From the NCBI RefSeq assembly GCF_009914755.1, contig NC_060926.1: a DNA stretch of 64,000 bases; one strand, given 5' to 3'. The notes under the pieces were generated by a model. The model searched no databases, was not told the origin of the DNA, and saw only the letters and a program-made list of their open reading frames with translations. Shown one piece after another: positions 1 to 13,275 of this stretch. This DNA comes from the human T2T-CHM13v2.0 reference genome, Homo sapiens. Every line of letters begins with the position of its first letter. The stretch's first letter is position 1. The position numbers and the translations under genes are program-made.

Positions 1-777
1 TGTAGAATACACAAACCATGACTCAAGAAACAACAAAAACAAAAACACTAACCATAAACTCAGTATCACAAAAGAATCTCATTTTCAAACCCAGAATTTC
101 CTGGCATAGATAATACAAATTGCAAAACAAACAGAAATGTAAATAAAAGGAAGGCTGTCTGAGCCCAAACAATCCTATTAACCTATTCAACAAAAAGAAT
201 AATGTGAGTTAGAAATAAAAAAGCAGAAATAGAGCAACTTTATGACAATCTTTTCCTATCATTTTCAACTCAGAAATGCAGACCCTGAAGCACAGTTCAA
301 ATAATGCACTTTCAAATAACATTAGCATAGAAACATGGACTAAAAAACCAAATGGACAGGTCTTTCAGGAAGAGTAGAGTGACAAATGTTTGGCTCTCCC
401 TCCTGTACTTAAGACTCAGGAAACGTGAAAATATGAGAAATAAACTTCGTTGACCTTCTAAGCTATGTAAAAACACATTCAAATGCTGAAAAATTTGCAG
501 AATATCTCTAAAATTGGTGCAGATATGGCCATAATAAAACAGCACACCAATTAAAGAATGTCTTGTAATCAATCTCTTTCATAAAGTGGTATACATTTCA
601 GACAATTAATGGAGGTAATCCAAGGCTCACCAAGACCCTTTGGCTGAGAAGGGAAAGGCCTGTAAGTCCAATCAGGTTGGAAGAGTTCTTAATGGGCAGG
701 AAAGCTAGCCCCCTGGGATACTAGCCACTGCACTGAGCAACATGACTGCAGTAGAATCCTTAGCAGGCCAGAAGTTT

Positions 778-793
778 AGATAGATAGACAGAT

Positions 794-841
<48 letters not shown>

Positions 842-843
842 TA
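778..843 (+). repeat. (GATA)n tetranucleotide microsatellite, interrupted
   Basis: GATAGATAGACAGAT followed by an uninterrupted GATA run. Confidence 0.97.
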
Positions 844-894
844 ACAAAAGGCTAAAAGCACGAGAAATATCTCACCACAGCAAAAAGCTAAAAT

Positions 895-1400
895 AAACCG
901 TCCCATCTCCATAGTATGGAAGATTATGCAGCCATTAAAATAATAATGTAGGCCAACTTGGGTAATCATGACACACAGGCCAATTCTTGCACATTTTCTG
1001 TTTGTGTCAATAAAGTTTTATTGGAATACAGCCACACCATTTTTTTTAACTATTGTCTGTGGCTGCTTTTACCATACAATGGCCAACTTGAGCAGTTGTG
1101 ACAGAGACTATCTAGGCAACAAATCCTAAAATATTTGCTATCTTGCTCTTTACAAAAAAAACTTTTTTTGGCTCTGGGTAAGAAATGTATACTTGACACT
1201 AAGATATTCTCATGAGTTAGTACTAAGTGAAAAATGAAGTTATAAAACTATATATGCTAAGCTCATATGTTTATAACTAAAAAGGCATTTGCATGTGTAT
1301 GTACGGGGAAGGACAAATACCATAATGTTGACAATGGCTATCTCTACTAGGATTATTAATGACTCCTTTTTGTCATAATTATCTGTTTTTAAAATTTATA
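895..1400 (+). mobile_element. Old L1M (L1MC/ME-like) 3' fragment interrupted by MER58A
   Basis: ATGGAAGATTATGCAGCCATTAAAA and TAAGTGAAAAATGAAGTTATAAAAC resemble L1M 3' UTR motifs. Confidence 0.6.
950..1176 (+). mobile_element. MER58A (hAT-Charlie DNA transposon)
   Basis: AATAAAGTTTTATTGGAATACAGCCAC...TTGAGCAGTTGTGACAGAGAC...CCTAAAATATTTGCTATC follows the MER58A consensus. Confidence 0.85.
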
Positions 1401-1953
1401 CACAGCAACATACACACACATATATACACACACATACATATATATATATATAAATTTGAAAATAGCAAAGAACCAAAATCTTTGAGGCAGTTTTTATCAT
1501 TAGTTGTCAATCATTGGTTGTAACAGCTGAATTTTCAGAAAAGGAAAATGGACTCTTCTGTGTGTCTGTAGACTAGAGCTTGCCAGCCTCACGGACTATG
1601 TGGGCCTCATTTTAGTGCAGAGCAGGCTGCAAATTATTTCAAGGTTCTGTGGGTTTGATAACAGTTGTCTGGAAGGGGGACAACTGCTCATTTTCAACTG
1701 TGGTCTCACAAGCATGGAGAGACTGTTATTTTCATCTGTGCTCCTTCAATCGAACATGAAACATCTGTCACAAAACTATTGTCTGATGTGGCAGCAAAGG
1801 CTTCTCTCCATCTAAAAGCCCAGCAGCTGCTGCGGGAAAGATCAGACAACTACAAGCAATGTGTCAATACCTGTACAGACTACCATGATTTTTTAAATAA
1901 TACTGAGCACTGCAGCACTGGTAATAATAATCACAGCAATATTCTGTGATGTC

Positions 1954-2181
1954 ATATACACACACACATATATATTTAGAGAGAGAATATTGTGAGTGTG
2001 GTGTGTGTGTGTGAGATATATTTACACACATACACACACATATATATAGAGAGAATATTATATGTGCATGTGATGTGTGTCTGAGATATATTTACACACA
2101 TATATATATAGAGAGAGAATATTATGTGTGTGGTGTGTGTGTGTGAGAGATATTTATATACACACACATATATATATATAT
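1954..2181. repeat. Compound CA/TA/GA/TG microsatellite organised as ~3.4 copies of a ~60-70 bp unit
   Basis: The order (CA)n(TA)n(GA)n AATATT (TG)n GAGATAT recurs three times. Confidence 0.85.
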
Positions 2182-2519
2182 CATTTGACCTAAAATAGAC
2201 TTTTAAAGTAGGAATGTGGTAATGTATTTGAAAGATTTAAATCTCACATAATTCATGTGTTTTTAATTTCTTCAAGAACTTAGGTCTTGAAGTGCAAAGT
2301 TGGCTTTTCACTGGTAAGCAGAGGTTTGCAAATGTTGTTACAGGAAATCTACCTCATTTGAGGGTACTGAGTTTTCTTGGAAAAAATAAAAGAACAACTT
2401 AGACCAGTTGAATTTGAATGCATTTTTAAAACATTTTTCTTCTGGGGCTCAGGAGGAATTATTTAATTTAAGGCATCTAAGGGATGAATGTTGATGTGGG
2501 AGAAAATGGAGTACCTGGG

Positions 2520-2760
2520 TGAAGAGCATAGTCTCAGGAGTGGGAACACAACATTGAATCATGTTTACCAGCCGTGGGAAATTAGGCAAGCTTCAAGTCC
2601 TTGCTTTGCACATCATTAAAGTGTGGGTGATTGATGGCACTACTGCCTGTCTCCCTCATAAAGTTACTTTGACAGTCAAATGGGTTAAAATTTGTAAAGC
2701 GTTTAGCATAGTAGGTGGCATATATGAAAGGTTGTATGAATTGGTTAAATAAATAGCAGC
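2520..2760 (+). mobile_element. MIR SINE
   Basis: TTAGGCAAG...CCTCATAAAGTT...TTTGTAAAGCGTTTAGCATAGTA matches the MIR core and 3' end. Confidence 0.65.
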
Positions 2761-4217
2761 AGGTGTGATGCTGATCTGAAAGCCCATAGTGAGCTACTGC
2801 AGTAAAGCCACTAGAAGAAGTGAGCAATAATGATGGGAAGACAAATTTGGCTGCAAACCCAAGACACAGGTCAGACACAAATTTAAGAAAGAGAAAACAA
2901 AAACCACAAAAGACACAAAACCAGTGAGAATTCTGGCTTTGTTAAAAAATAAAATTAGAGTGGTCAGGAGACTTGGGAGTAAATTTGGTTTTACTTTTAC
3001 CCTAGCCTTTCTAAATGGATATGAGGCAAAGCATGTGGGGCTTAATGGACGCTGGTTTTGTTTCCTCCTTACTACCCCACAAATAAATAGCAGACACAGT
3101 ATATTTTCCCTTTTGTCATCCCTCAATATTGGAGTGTTGATGAGTTCCCATAGCCCCCACCCACTCTCCACACCCCCACCTTGGACCCATAAACTGTTGA
3201 AACATGTGGTGTTTCTTTTGTAAGTCATTTGACTTCAATCCTTTTCACTGCCCACAAATCCCTGTCATTAATATCAATTTTTCTCATCTATTTCTCAAAA
3301 TATATTCTCTTCTACAAAAGTGTGTAATTCCACAGTATTAATTGGGTGTCACTTAAATCTTTCTAATGATACACAACTGACTCTTTTATTCACATTGCCT
3401 TTCAACCTCTTTTGGACTGTGATTGTTTCAATGACTGAAAAATGCTGCTATTGAATCCTATTTAGTTGTATCAACGAGGTACCACCCATAATTATGTAAA
3501 TATAATTTTATTTTGCTGACATGACCAGATAATTTTAGATCAGTAGGCTTGGCTTCAATGATTTACTTTGAACTTCAACTTAAAAATCTAAAATTTAAAG
3601 ACAAATACATTTAATGGATTTTTGTTAATTAATACATAAATATTCATTGTATTTATTTCTCTTTGGTTTGTGAAACCTATACTTCAATTAGTTCAACTCT
3701 GCATAATTACGTATTTGGTTCTTAAAGCACACCACACGCGTGCACACACACACACTCACACACACTCTTCCATTTTCAAATCATGGCTTAACTGTTGTCT
3801 TTCCTAAAATCTTTTCTAACTAAATGGAAACTAGTCATTCAATAAGCCTGACCTACACTGAGTAAAAGAAAAAAAAAGCAAATACCCACTGAAATAAGTC
3901 TAATTATGATAGAGATTTGGTATAACCATTCTAGAATATGTTAAGGGAGAATTTTGAGATATTGAAGTCACACAAATGAGGTCAAGTGAGTGGTTAGCAC
4001 AGACGCCTCTTATTTGATCTGAGTTCTGGGAACAGAGGGAAAACACTTGAGAAAGATAAGGGTGCATGCCAAGAGTTAGAGTAAATAAAGTTATATAAAA
4101 ATTGAGTACCATCTCTTTAGGATATTTTATTTCCTTCCATCACTAGAAAACATTAACCCATAGACATAGATTTTGAGAAAGTTAAAATCAAAACTTTAAA
4201 TGCAAAAACAGCCTGCT

Positions 4218-4674
4218 GGGACCTCGTGCTGGGATGTGCCTCCCTATGTTTTCCTGGGACCTGTTGCTGTGACGTGCCTCCCTATTTTTTCCTGAGACCT
4301 GTTGTGGTGATGTGCCTCCCGATGTTTTCCTGGGACCTGGTGCTGGGATGTGCCTCCCTACTTTTTCCTGAGGCCTGTTGCTGGGATGTGCCCCCCTAAC
4401 TTTTCCTGGGACCTGGTGCTGGGATGTGCCCCCCTACCTTTTCCTGGGACCTGGTGCTGGGATGTGCCTCCCTACCCTTCCCTGGGACCTGGTGCTGTGA
4501 TGTGCCTCCCTACGTTTTCCTGGGACCTGCTGCTGTGATGTACCTCCCTACGTTTTCCTGTAATCCTGTTGCTGTGATGTACCTCCCTATGTTTTCCTGG
4601 GAGTTGGTGTTGTGATGTTCCTCCCTACGTTTTCCTGGGACCTGGTGCTATGACGTGCCTCCCTACCTTTCCCT
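4218..4674 (+). repeat. GC-rich minisatellite/VNTR, 12 copies of a 38-bp unit
   Basis: Unit approx. GGGACCTGGTGCTG(G/T)GATGTGCCTCCCTACGTTTTCCT, with starts at 4218, 4256, 4294, 4332, 4370, 4408, 4446, 4484, 4522, 4560, 4599, 4637. Confidence 0.97.
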
Positions 4675-5684
4675 TCATCCCAGCACCCCTGAGCACCCTT
4701 CCTAGTTTTCTTCTGCCCTATATTTGTTTTCATCTGCTTTGAAGTCATAGCACATATTATCCCTCTTGTTAATCAATTGTTATGATCATCTGTGTGGTAA
4801 TCCTGTCCCCAATTTCTCCTCCTACGTACAATTGATAGAGTGTTCTTCCTGAAGCCTAACTCTGAAAATACCAACACTCTTCTCCCTGAAGACAAAGTTA
4901 TTCCTAAACATCAATGATTCTTCAAAGACTACCCATTGTCATTCAAATTCCTTAGGAAACCACACCCCACTCAAAATCAAATATTTTAATGCATTATTAC
5001 ATTTTCCTTAAACAAAAATCTGTTTTTTAAATTTTTTATTACAAAAGTCTATGATAAAATGAAGACACGTTGCAATGGGAATCATTATGCCCAGTTTTGA
5101 ACCAAAGATCCCTTGCTATCACCAAATAGTTTGTAATGCAACTTACAATATCCTATTTGGCTAAAGAGGTAATTTTTAGAGGATGTCTAGATTTCAGATC
5201 ATTGTAAGGAGCAAACTCACGCATATTTTAGATCAAGCTTGTTTATCATATTCAAAGCTTCTAAGAGCTTATTTGTTTTTCTTAAATGTTCAAATACTGA
5301 AAAAGTTGCAGTAGATGGTGTCCATAATTATATAACTCTTCATACTGTAGGTACATTTTTCTTGGTTTGTTTTATATAATTTTGCTATGTTTTAGTATTC
5401 AGTGAATGAAGATGCATCAATCATCTATTTTCAAAAATAAATATAAGTGCATTCCATGCTTAAATAATAATTAACAAAAATAATAAAACAAAATGCATAT
5501 CAACAGAGAGAAGCACTGTTCAGATCTTGATTTATAGCCTTTTATACATTTTATAGATATATCTAAACTAGTTTTCTAAGAATAGGATCTTATCATATTT
5601 ACCGCTTTTCAATCAGCTATTTTCATTTAATGTATGTCTTATGTTTGGCAGGATTACTAATTAAAAGTTATTCGGCAGGATTAT

Positions 5685-5815
5685 TTCACTAGCTGTGTGA
5701 CTCTAGGGGAATAACTTAATATCTCTGTGATTAAATTTTCCTATCTGAAAGATAGAGATGAAAATAGTACCTCACCCTTAGGGATCTTTAGAGGATTACA
5801 TGCAAATTACCCAGG
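5685..5815 (+). mobile_element. MIR fragment, interrupted by the MER47 element
   Basis: ACTAGCTGTGTGACT...AACTTAATATCTCTGTG...AAATAGTACCTCACC. Confidence 0.75.
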
Positions 5816-5820
5816 ATATA

Positions 5821-6228
5821 CAGAGGATCCCCAGCTAAACAATGGTTTGATTTTTCTACTTTATGATAGTGTGAAAGTGATACACATTTAGTAGAAACCT
5901 TACTTAGAATTTTAATTTTGATCTTTTTCTGGGCTAGCAATATGCTCTACAATACTCTCTAGTGATGCTGGACCACAGCAACGAGCCAAAGCTTCCAGCT
6001 AGCCAGGCAATCACGAGGGTAAACACTCGATCTCTGCAGCGTACTATGCTGTCAAATGATTTTGCCCAGCTGTAGGCTGATGGAATTGTTCTGAGCATGT
6101 TTAAGGTAGGCTAGGCTAAGCTATGAGGCTCAGTAGGTTAGGTGTACTAAATGCATTCTTGACATTATATTTTCAAATTACAACAGGTTTATTAGGAAGT
6201 AACCCCATCGTAAGGAGAGAAGCATCTA
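5821..6228 (-). mobile_element. MER47 (probably MER47B; TcMar-Tigger DNA transposon)
   Basis: TTTAAGGTAGGCTAGGCTAAGCTATG and GTAACCCCATCGTAAG...GCATCT are reverse-complement MER47 hallmarks; TA precedes the CAG terminus. Confidence 0.8.
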
Positions 6229-6684
6229 TTTGTACACTGTTGCATGTATTAAAGAATAATAATAATATGTTATTATGCAAAGTTAAAGGTTTTTTTCTGG
6301 AATAGTGTGTGACATCTACACATTTATGACTAGGTTGACACCAATCTATGTGAACTAGTAAAGCTTGCTTAAAAATCATAAAACACTGATAAAGTGTCAA
6401 AATGAAATTTAGGATGACATTGTAGAAGTGTTTGTTCACAAGGAATAATATTTAAAAGGTATTGCTCATTCATATAATACATACATTTATATATAACTCA
6501 TATAACATACATAACTAGTATAGATAGTTTTTGTCACTGAAGGTTTTATCATTTTTCTATAACAAATATAGATTGCTAGTGCTGTAAAATTTACTAAATT
6601 GTAAAGTAAAATACAGCTTTTAAAAATTATTTGTAATAATTATGACTAATTATGAGCATTAATTTATTTGAATAACAAAATTTC

Positions 6685-7222
6685 TTATGAATGCTTGACT
6701 AAACTTTACTCAGGTTTCTTCCTGACTCTAGACCCTAACCTTCCTTTCCTTTGAGCAATTTTTTTTTGGTTGGGGGTGGTAAGAGCAATATAATTGTACA
6801 TTCTCTCTCTGCCCTTTTGAGAAGTAAATATTTTTAAAGCCTCTTGCCAGTTTTACAACCCAGGGCTGTCTGTCTTTCTCAAGGATCTGGGAACTAACTC
6901 TTCAAAATGTGATCATCACAGAAGATACTGCCCTTTCTCTTAGCTTCTATGAGAGGGTAGAAGCCAACTTTGGCTGGAGCCTTGCTCCAATTTGTCAAAC
7001 TACCTCCTGCCATGAAGATATAAGAGCATTTACTTTTCCTTTGGGCAAAGTAATTACCAAACATAGGTAACCTGTCAGCCCCCTATCCTGGTTCTTAAAA
7101 ACTCTCCAGACTTTTTTCTCACTGGAACAGGGAATCTAAATTTGGTGGTCTGTCTTCTATTGTTGGCAATAAAATCAACTTCTGTCTGTCCATCTTGTCT
7201 AGTGTGATTGTTCTCTTTAACA
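6685..7222 (+). mobile_element. ERV1 solo LTR, MER67-like
   Basis: CTTGACTAAACTTTACTCAGG...CCTGACTCTAG...GCCAGTTTTACAACCCAGG, AATAAA near 7168, ends in ...TTTAACA. Confidence 0.7.
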
Positions 7223-7229
7223 GAGGCAA

Positions 7230-7405
7230 AATGGTTCTAGATTCTTGCTGCTTGCTTTATAATTTGGGGCCAGTGACATGGTAAACTTTAATTTCCAATT
7301 TGTAAATGGGAACTTTCAACACCTCCCAAGTACAGCAGTCATCCAGATGAAAGGAGATAATATATGTAAAGCACTTTACAGAATGATGCGTAAGTTCTCA
7401 GCAAG
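7230..7405 (+). mobile_element. MIR SINE
   Basis: AATTTGTAAATGGG...GAGATAATATATGTAAAGCACTT. Confidence 0.7.
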
Positions 7406-7589
7406 CCTGAGAATTAAAAAGATAATCTGAGAGATTAAATAGGCAATTATGAAAAGACTTTGCTAATAAACACATTAAAAATGTTCTATGTCAACTGTAA
7501 AGTTTTTTAAGTAAATTGAAACAACAGTACAATATTAGTTTTAAACAATCCATGTGACATAGATTTTTTTAAATGTCTCTACAGAGCTG

Positions 7590-8300
7590 GCCAGTGTTTG
7601 GCAAAACATATACTCCTATATACCAGGGCTGAAAATATAATGGGAATATAAATTGCTATCTTTTTTTTTTTTTGAGACATAAGTTTCACTCTGTCACCCA
7701 GGCTGGAGTGCAGTGCGTATCCCCAGCTCATTGCAACCCCTGCCTCCTAGATTCAAGCGGTCCTCCTGCCTCAGTCTCCTGGGTAGCTGGGATCACTAGC
7801 ACATGCCACCACACCTACATTTTTTGGATATTTTGTAGAGATGGGGTTTTGTCATGTTGCCCAGGCTAGTCTCAAACTCCTGACCTCAAACGATCCACCT
7901 GCCTTGGCCTCTCAAAACGATGAGATTATATGCGTGAGCCACTGCACCTTACCTATTCTCTTTTTGAAAGGCAATTTGCCAATTAAGTATCAGAAATCTT
8001 TAAATTGTGCCTGCCTTGCAATTCTACTTTTAGATAAGAAATAGTTGAACATCAGTGAATTTTAATAAACACATAAGTTTTTCCTAACTATATTTCTAAT
8101 AATGAAACTTGGAACTGACCTAAGAAATCAAATCATAGAAAACAAATAAATGATTGTAAAATTATACAAGGGAATATACTATATAAACATTTAGAATCAC
8201 ATTTAAGAGCCTTTTACAGTTGAGACAATCTTCATGATAAAATGTAAAGTGAAAAAAAGTTAAATAGCTTATATATTGCCATCCAAATATTCTATATCAA
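7590..8300 (+). mobile_element. L1ME-like fragment interrupted by AluJ
   Basis: GGGAATATAAATTG|TTTGAAAGGCAATTTG...GCAATTCTACTTTTAG continues across the Alu. Confidence 0.55.
7661..7954 (-). mobile_element. AluJ
   Basis: Poly-T head, TCACTCTGTCACCCAGGCTGGAGTGCAG, dimeric, heavily diverged with CpG decay. Confidence 0.93.
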
Positions 8301-9097
8301 AGAAGTTAGGGTTCTAAAATAACATATGACAAATATTAAGTGTAATTATCATATTTGCAGTTTTTTGCAATTTTATAAATAATGGACAAATAATGTGAAT
8401 ATAATCAAAGTAATCAGTTTTGTTATTCATTCTCCAGTTAAAAAGCAAGGTTTTCTTTTAGGCCATTTTATCTCTATCAGGAATTAAAATAAATATTTCT
8501 GTGTTGTTTTCTGTCTTCTCTTTAGGCTCTTCTTGCTTTCTTTTAGCTTTTCTGACTTTATTCCTATGAACTTTCATTAACCTTTATACGTTTGTCATAA
8601 ATTGTGTTATCTCTGAATAAATATAATATTTTCCCCTGTTTTTTATTTGAAAGATTATCGTAAACACTAAATAGAAATTTTTCCCCCATGTGCCTTTTCT
8701 TCATGAAGATGTCAGTGTTATACCTAAAATTAGATGACAGTATTTGATGTTGTTCACACAGAACAGGCAGACTACAGTCAATATGGCCAGTGCACTGTGG
8801 TGGGGTGAGGGGAATGGTAAGGGGCTGGAAGTTAGTCTGCTTGAATCTTGTAATAAATACATTTGGCTTATTGGCTTATTTCTGTTCCCTATATAGATAA
8901 AACCTACCACTGACTGAATATTGCCTATTGATTACCAAAAGAAAAAGCACTTCACATCTAAGAACTATCAAAAAACATGGATTTACTATAGCTCAGTGAG
9001 AATGTTAACAAAGGCTCACATGAAGGATTTTATTTTCTCAAAAGATATAAAACTAATGTATTATTGTTTTTATCTCTAAACCAACATTTTCCTTTAA

Positions 9098-9413
<316 letters not shown>

Positions 9414-10210
9414 CCAACACTCTTATTTTTATTTAAAACACATTTGCATGGTAAATCAGTTGGCATAAATTACATATTTTTTAAATTGTTAGATCTGACT
9501 CATGTTGAAACACACAGGAAGCTCAAAGTCAACATTTATGGACTTCACAACACCTTGAAAAAGCAAACTCAGACCCAAAACTTTCATAGAACTGCTGCAG
9601 GTCACGTTATCTTCTGGCTGAAAATTAAAATGACACCTGGAAAATATAACTACCCTTTTCAAGGCACAAAGCCCAAATCAAATAACCTCCTTACTTAATA
9701 CCATTGTGGCTTGAAATAGGATAGTTTATCTAATTTGGGTAAAGGAAGAGGCAATATCAGTTCATTTATGTGGCATGAATACTGTTTTATTTGCATACAA
9801 AAGTGATCATTATAATTTTAGAATGGGTAGTTTCTTAAAGGAGAATAACACTCATCTTTCCATCAACGGACTCTCATTTGAAGCTAAACCAATATAAACA
9901 TTTATAAGAATTAACACTAGAAAACTAAGGTAAATCTGATTGACTTCTGTAAAATTCTGAGTGTTGTAGATTTTTTAAATACCTACTTGCTCTTTTTTTT
10001 TTATCTTGAAACAATGTTTCAAGATAATTGCACCCTCTGTATACTTAGGGTGCAATTTATTTTTTTCAACTGAGATAGTCAAGGATAACTGGACACAGCT
10101 ATTTTCTCCATTTATAGATAGAGAAAATATTTTTAACAGGATTACTCAAGGGCTACAGTTAATTATCATGGGTATAGCTTGGTACACATCTATATTGATA
10201 GCCAGCCCTG

Positions 10211-10511
<301 letters not shown>

Positions 10512-12231
10512 GCCAGCCTCAAGTTTCAGTAAAAATTAAATAATTTAGCTAACACCTACCTGCTACTTGATTTCACTCAACCATCTCTTGCTCCACCCCT
10601 TCAAGCTGATTTGGTTCTCACTGCGGAGCCTAGGGGAGTAAGTGGTTCAGGAACCAGGGAGTTTTTGAATGCCTTCAGCTTATCCTTATGTCCCCTTCTC
10701 CTACATCTTGTAAAATAAGGCAATATGGGATTTTATGGGAGTAAATATCTCAGATTTTCTGGCGTACAGGCTTACACAATTTCTCAAATAGGAGTGTATG
10801 TCGTACAAATGTAGCACTTTCTGAACAATTAACAATTGGCTTTAAAACTAAGGACACCTACATTTTGAAATAACCATACTACATGGATTTGACATCCACT
10901 GAAATCAAGATTTGTTGTCTATTAAAGATGTGTTATTTTTCCCCAAAGGTGAAGATTCATATATGCTTTACATCTGGGATTCAAAGTCTAGGCTTGTATA
11001 TTTGGATAATTTTTCTGAGAACCATCATAGAACATCCCTTCTAGCGTTGTTCACTTAGAAGTTAAACTACTTTTTTATTAACTTTCAATAAACAGTGAAA
11101 AAGAAAATGTAACATGCACCTCTAACTGTTGTTTTTTTTAGGGGAAACCGGCCTATTAATTTCAGGCTTCCCGAGTCACTCTCCATTGTCCCTACTTTGG
11201 TCTTTGTTGAGCCTTCTTAGATACTACGTACTCTGAGGCCTCTGCCCTCCCTTTTCCTTACTAATGTCAGCTCTGCCAAATCCATTCATACTCAAGTCAA
11301 AAATGAAAGATAAAATGACTACCACACACAGACATGAGGGTACTTTAACAAGAGACTAGAGACTGAAAGGAAAAAGAAATAATAATAAAAGTAGTCTCAT
11401 ATTACAACTGGTACATACGAGTTATGAGTTGTCAGATAATCTCACCCACACCCTTAATTTCCCACAAGGGAGGTCCCACCTAATAGACAATGGTAATGGA
11501 AGGAGAATGAAACTCTTCATGGATATTACAATATGGCTTTTTCTTCTCTGTTGTGCTCGCATGAGATATTTGAAATTACAATTATTATAAAAATACTGCC
11601 TAGTGTTATTTGCCTACTTATTTTAAATTAAGAAAGTCTGTCTCAAAAGGACTCAATGTGGCTGACCAGAAGAAGAACATCATAAGGCAATTAAGTGGAT
11701 ATAAGAGAAATGGAGGCCAGAACCAAAGAAAGAGACCAAATAAAATATGGTAAGAACAAATGTTAATAAAGTTATTGTTATGAAAGATCAGAAATCTTAT
11801 ATTCATGGTTATTATACCTATATGAGTTATTTAAAATTTTTAATGTTTATTATTTAAAAATATTAAATACACAGAGAAAAAAATGTATTACCAAACTGGC
11901 ATGAATTAAAACAATAGATGTGAATCTATATGTAATGGGAGTTATATTACTCCAACTATATAAACATAGAACATTTAAATAAATTATTAAGCTTTAATAT
12001 TTATATTAACTTCAGCTTTTTTGATATTTCATCTCTGTCATTATTTGACATACCTGATAGGGATATTGAAAAAATTGTACTGAGATTTGCAAGTACACAT
12101 GTTAATAAGAATAAAAAATATAGACTTTGCATTATGTCATGGCAAAATATTATCCTTATTTCTGGTTAGTTTTATTTTTTTAAAAAAAGGACAAAAAGAA
12201 TATTCAAGTAAACTCATAACTTTATTACTAA

Positions 12232-12250
12232 AAGCACCATCTGGTGGTTA
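12232..12250 (-). promoter_or_regulatory. Candidate CTCF binding site
   Basis: Minus strand reads TAACCACCAGATGGTGCTT, close to the CTCF core CCACCAGRKGGCRC; lies in apparently non-repeat DNA. Motif only. Confidence 0.5.
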
Positions 12251-12655
12251 CTAGAAATGGATGCATTTCAATCTTTCTGTCCTCAGATCTTTTGATAAAA
12301 CAATAGAAAAATGTTTCTCTCTTGCATGCTGACAGAGATTCCCCTCTGCATATTGAAATTATAAGCCTAGAGAAACAGAAGGTGGATTTTATTGGTAGAA
12401 TGCTTTAGTCTATGTGTGTGCATGCAATAAAATCAATTTTTCAGCTTCCCTTTTATTAGAAACCTTGGTATATAAATAAGAGTATTTTCTGATCTAAATC
12501 AGTTTTACATAACCAGAAGGCAATTGTGAGTTCAGGAATTAGAAAGGTCTCCCATACAGGGGACATTAGAAAATCCAAACTGAAGTGTTTTAACTTTCCC
12601 AGGTTGTTACCTGATTCTCGCATGCAGTAGGTTCCAAATAAGTGTTGGCTAAATC

Positions 12656-12709
12656 GGGGAGGGGGGGGGGTGTGTGAAAGAAAAGAAAAGAAAAGAAAAG
12701 AAAAAAGAA
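12656..12709 (+). repeat. G-run + (GT)n + (AAAAG)n simple repeat
   Basis: GGGGAGGGGGGGGGGTGTGTG followed by AAAAG repeats. Confidence 0.9.
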
Positions 12710-13149
12710 ATGAATTGCCATGACTTAATGTGAGATAAGACAAAACCGGGGGGAAATATCCTCATATTTTATATTAGATAGATATTTTTAACCATGCCAA
12801 ATTTGATGTGTGAATTTAACATTAGCAGGAAAGGAGTGATGATTTTTATTTTTAAGGAAAGATTATCGTGCAATGAATAAATTTAGAATTTTTTTGAGAT
12901 TTCAAAAATATGGCAAGGTATTAATTCTGGGAGCTTTAAAAGACTGTTAATATGAGCATTTGACCTAATGAATTATAAACACAGAACAAAGAAATCCTCT
13001 GTTGCTACATAGCTTTGTTGTGAATTCAATAGAACTCATTTTCTACATTCTCTTGAGAGGATTGAAGAAGATTATTTCAAATTGAAATTTAAGATATGAA
13101 ATTCTGAGCTGTAGGAGGGTAAAAGGTTTTTACTTTTTTCTTCTTTGAA

Positions 13150-13275
13150 AATTAATTTTCCCCATTACAAATGCAGAAATTGAGTTTCAAAGGTAATCTA
13201 GTAAAATCAAGTCACACAGGTAGAAATAGTGGAGTTGTCATTTGAGTTCAAGTTCTTTGTTTCCAAAGCACTGTT
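13150..13275 (-). mobile_element. MIR fragment
   Basis: CCCATTACAAATGCAGAAATTGAG...AAGTCACACAG...ATTTGAGTTCAAG. Confidence 0.7.

Noticed and set aside
1600-1949. Overlapping 71-aa and 94-aa ORFs in slightly GC-richer unique DNA
   Set aside because: Non-ATG starts, no recognisable domain and no convincing splice boundaries.
2794-3228. Longest ORF (144 aa, minus strand)
   Set aside because: Non-ATG start, composition driven by T-rich sequence and no homology recognised.
4218-4674. Regular 38-bp array resembling CRISPR periodicity, with ORFs 4350-4615
   Set aside because: Units are contiguous with no unique spacers, there are no cas genes and the context is human; the ORFs are repeat translations.
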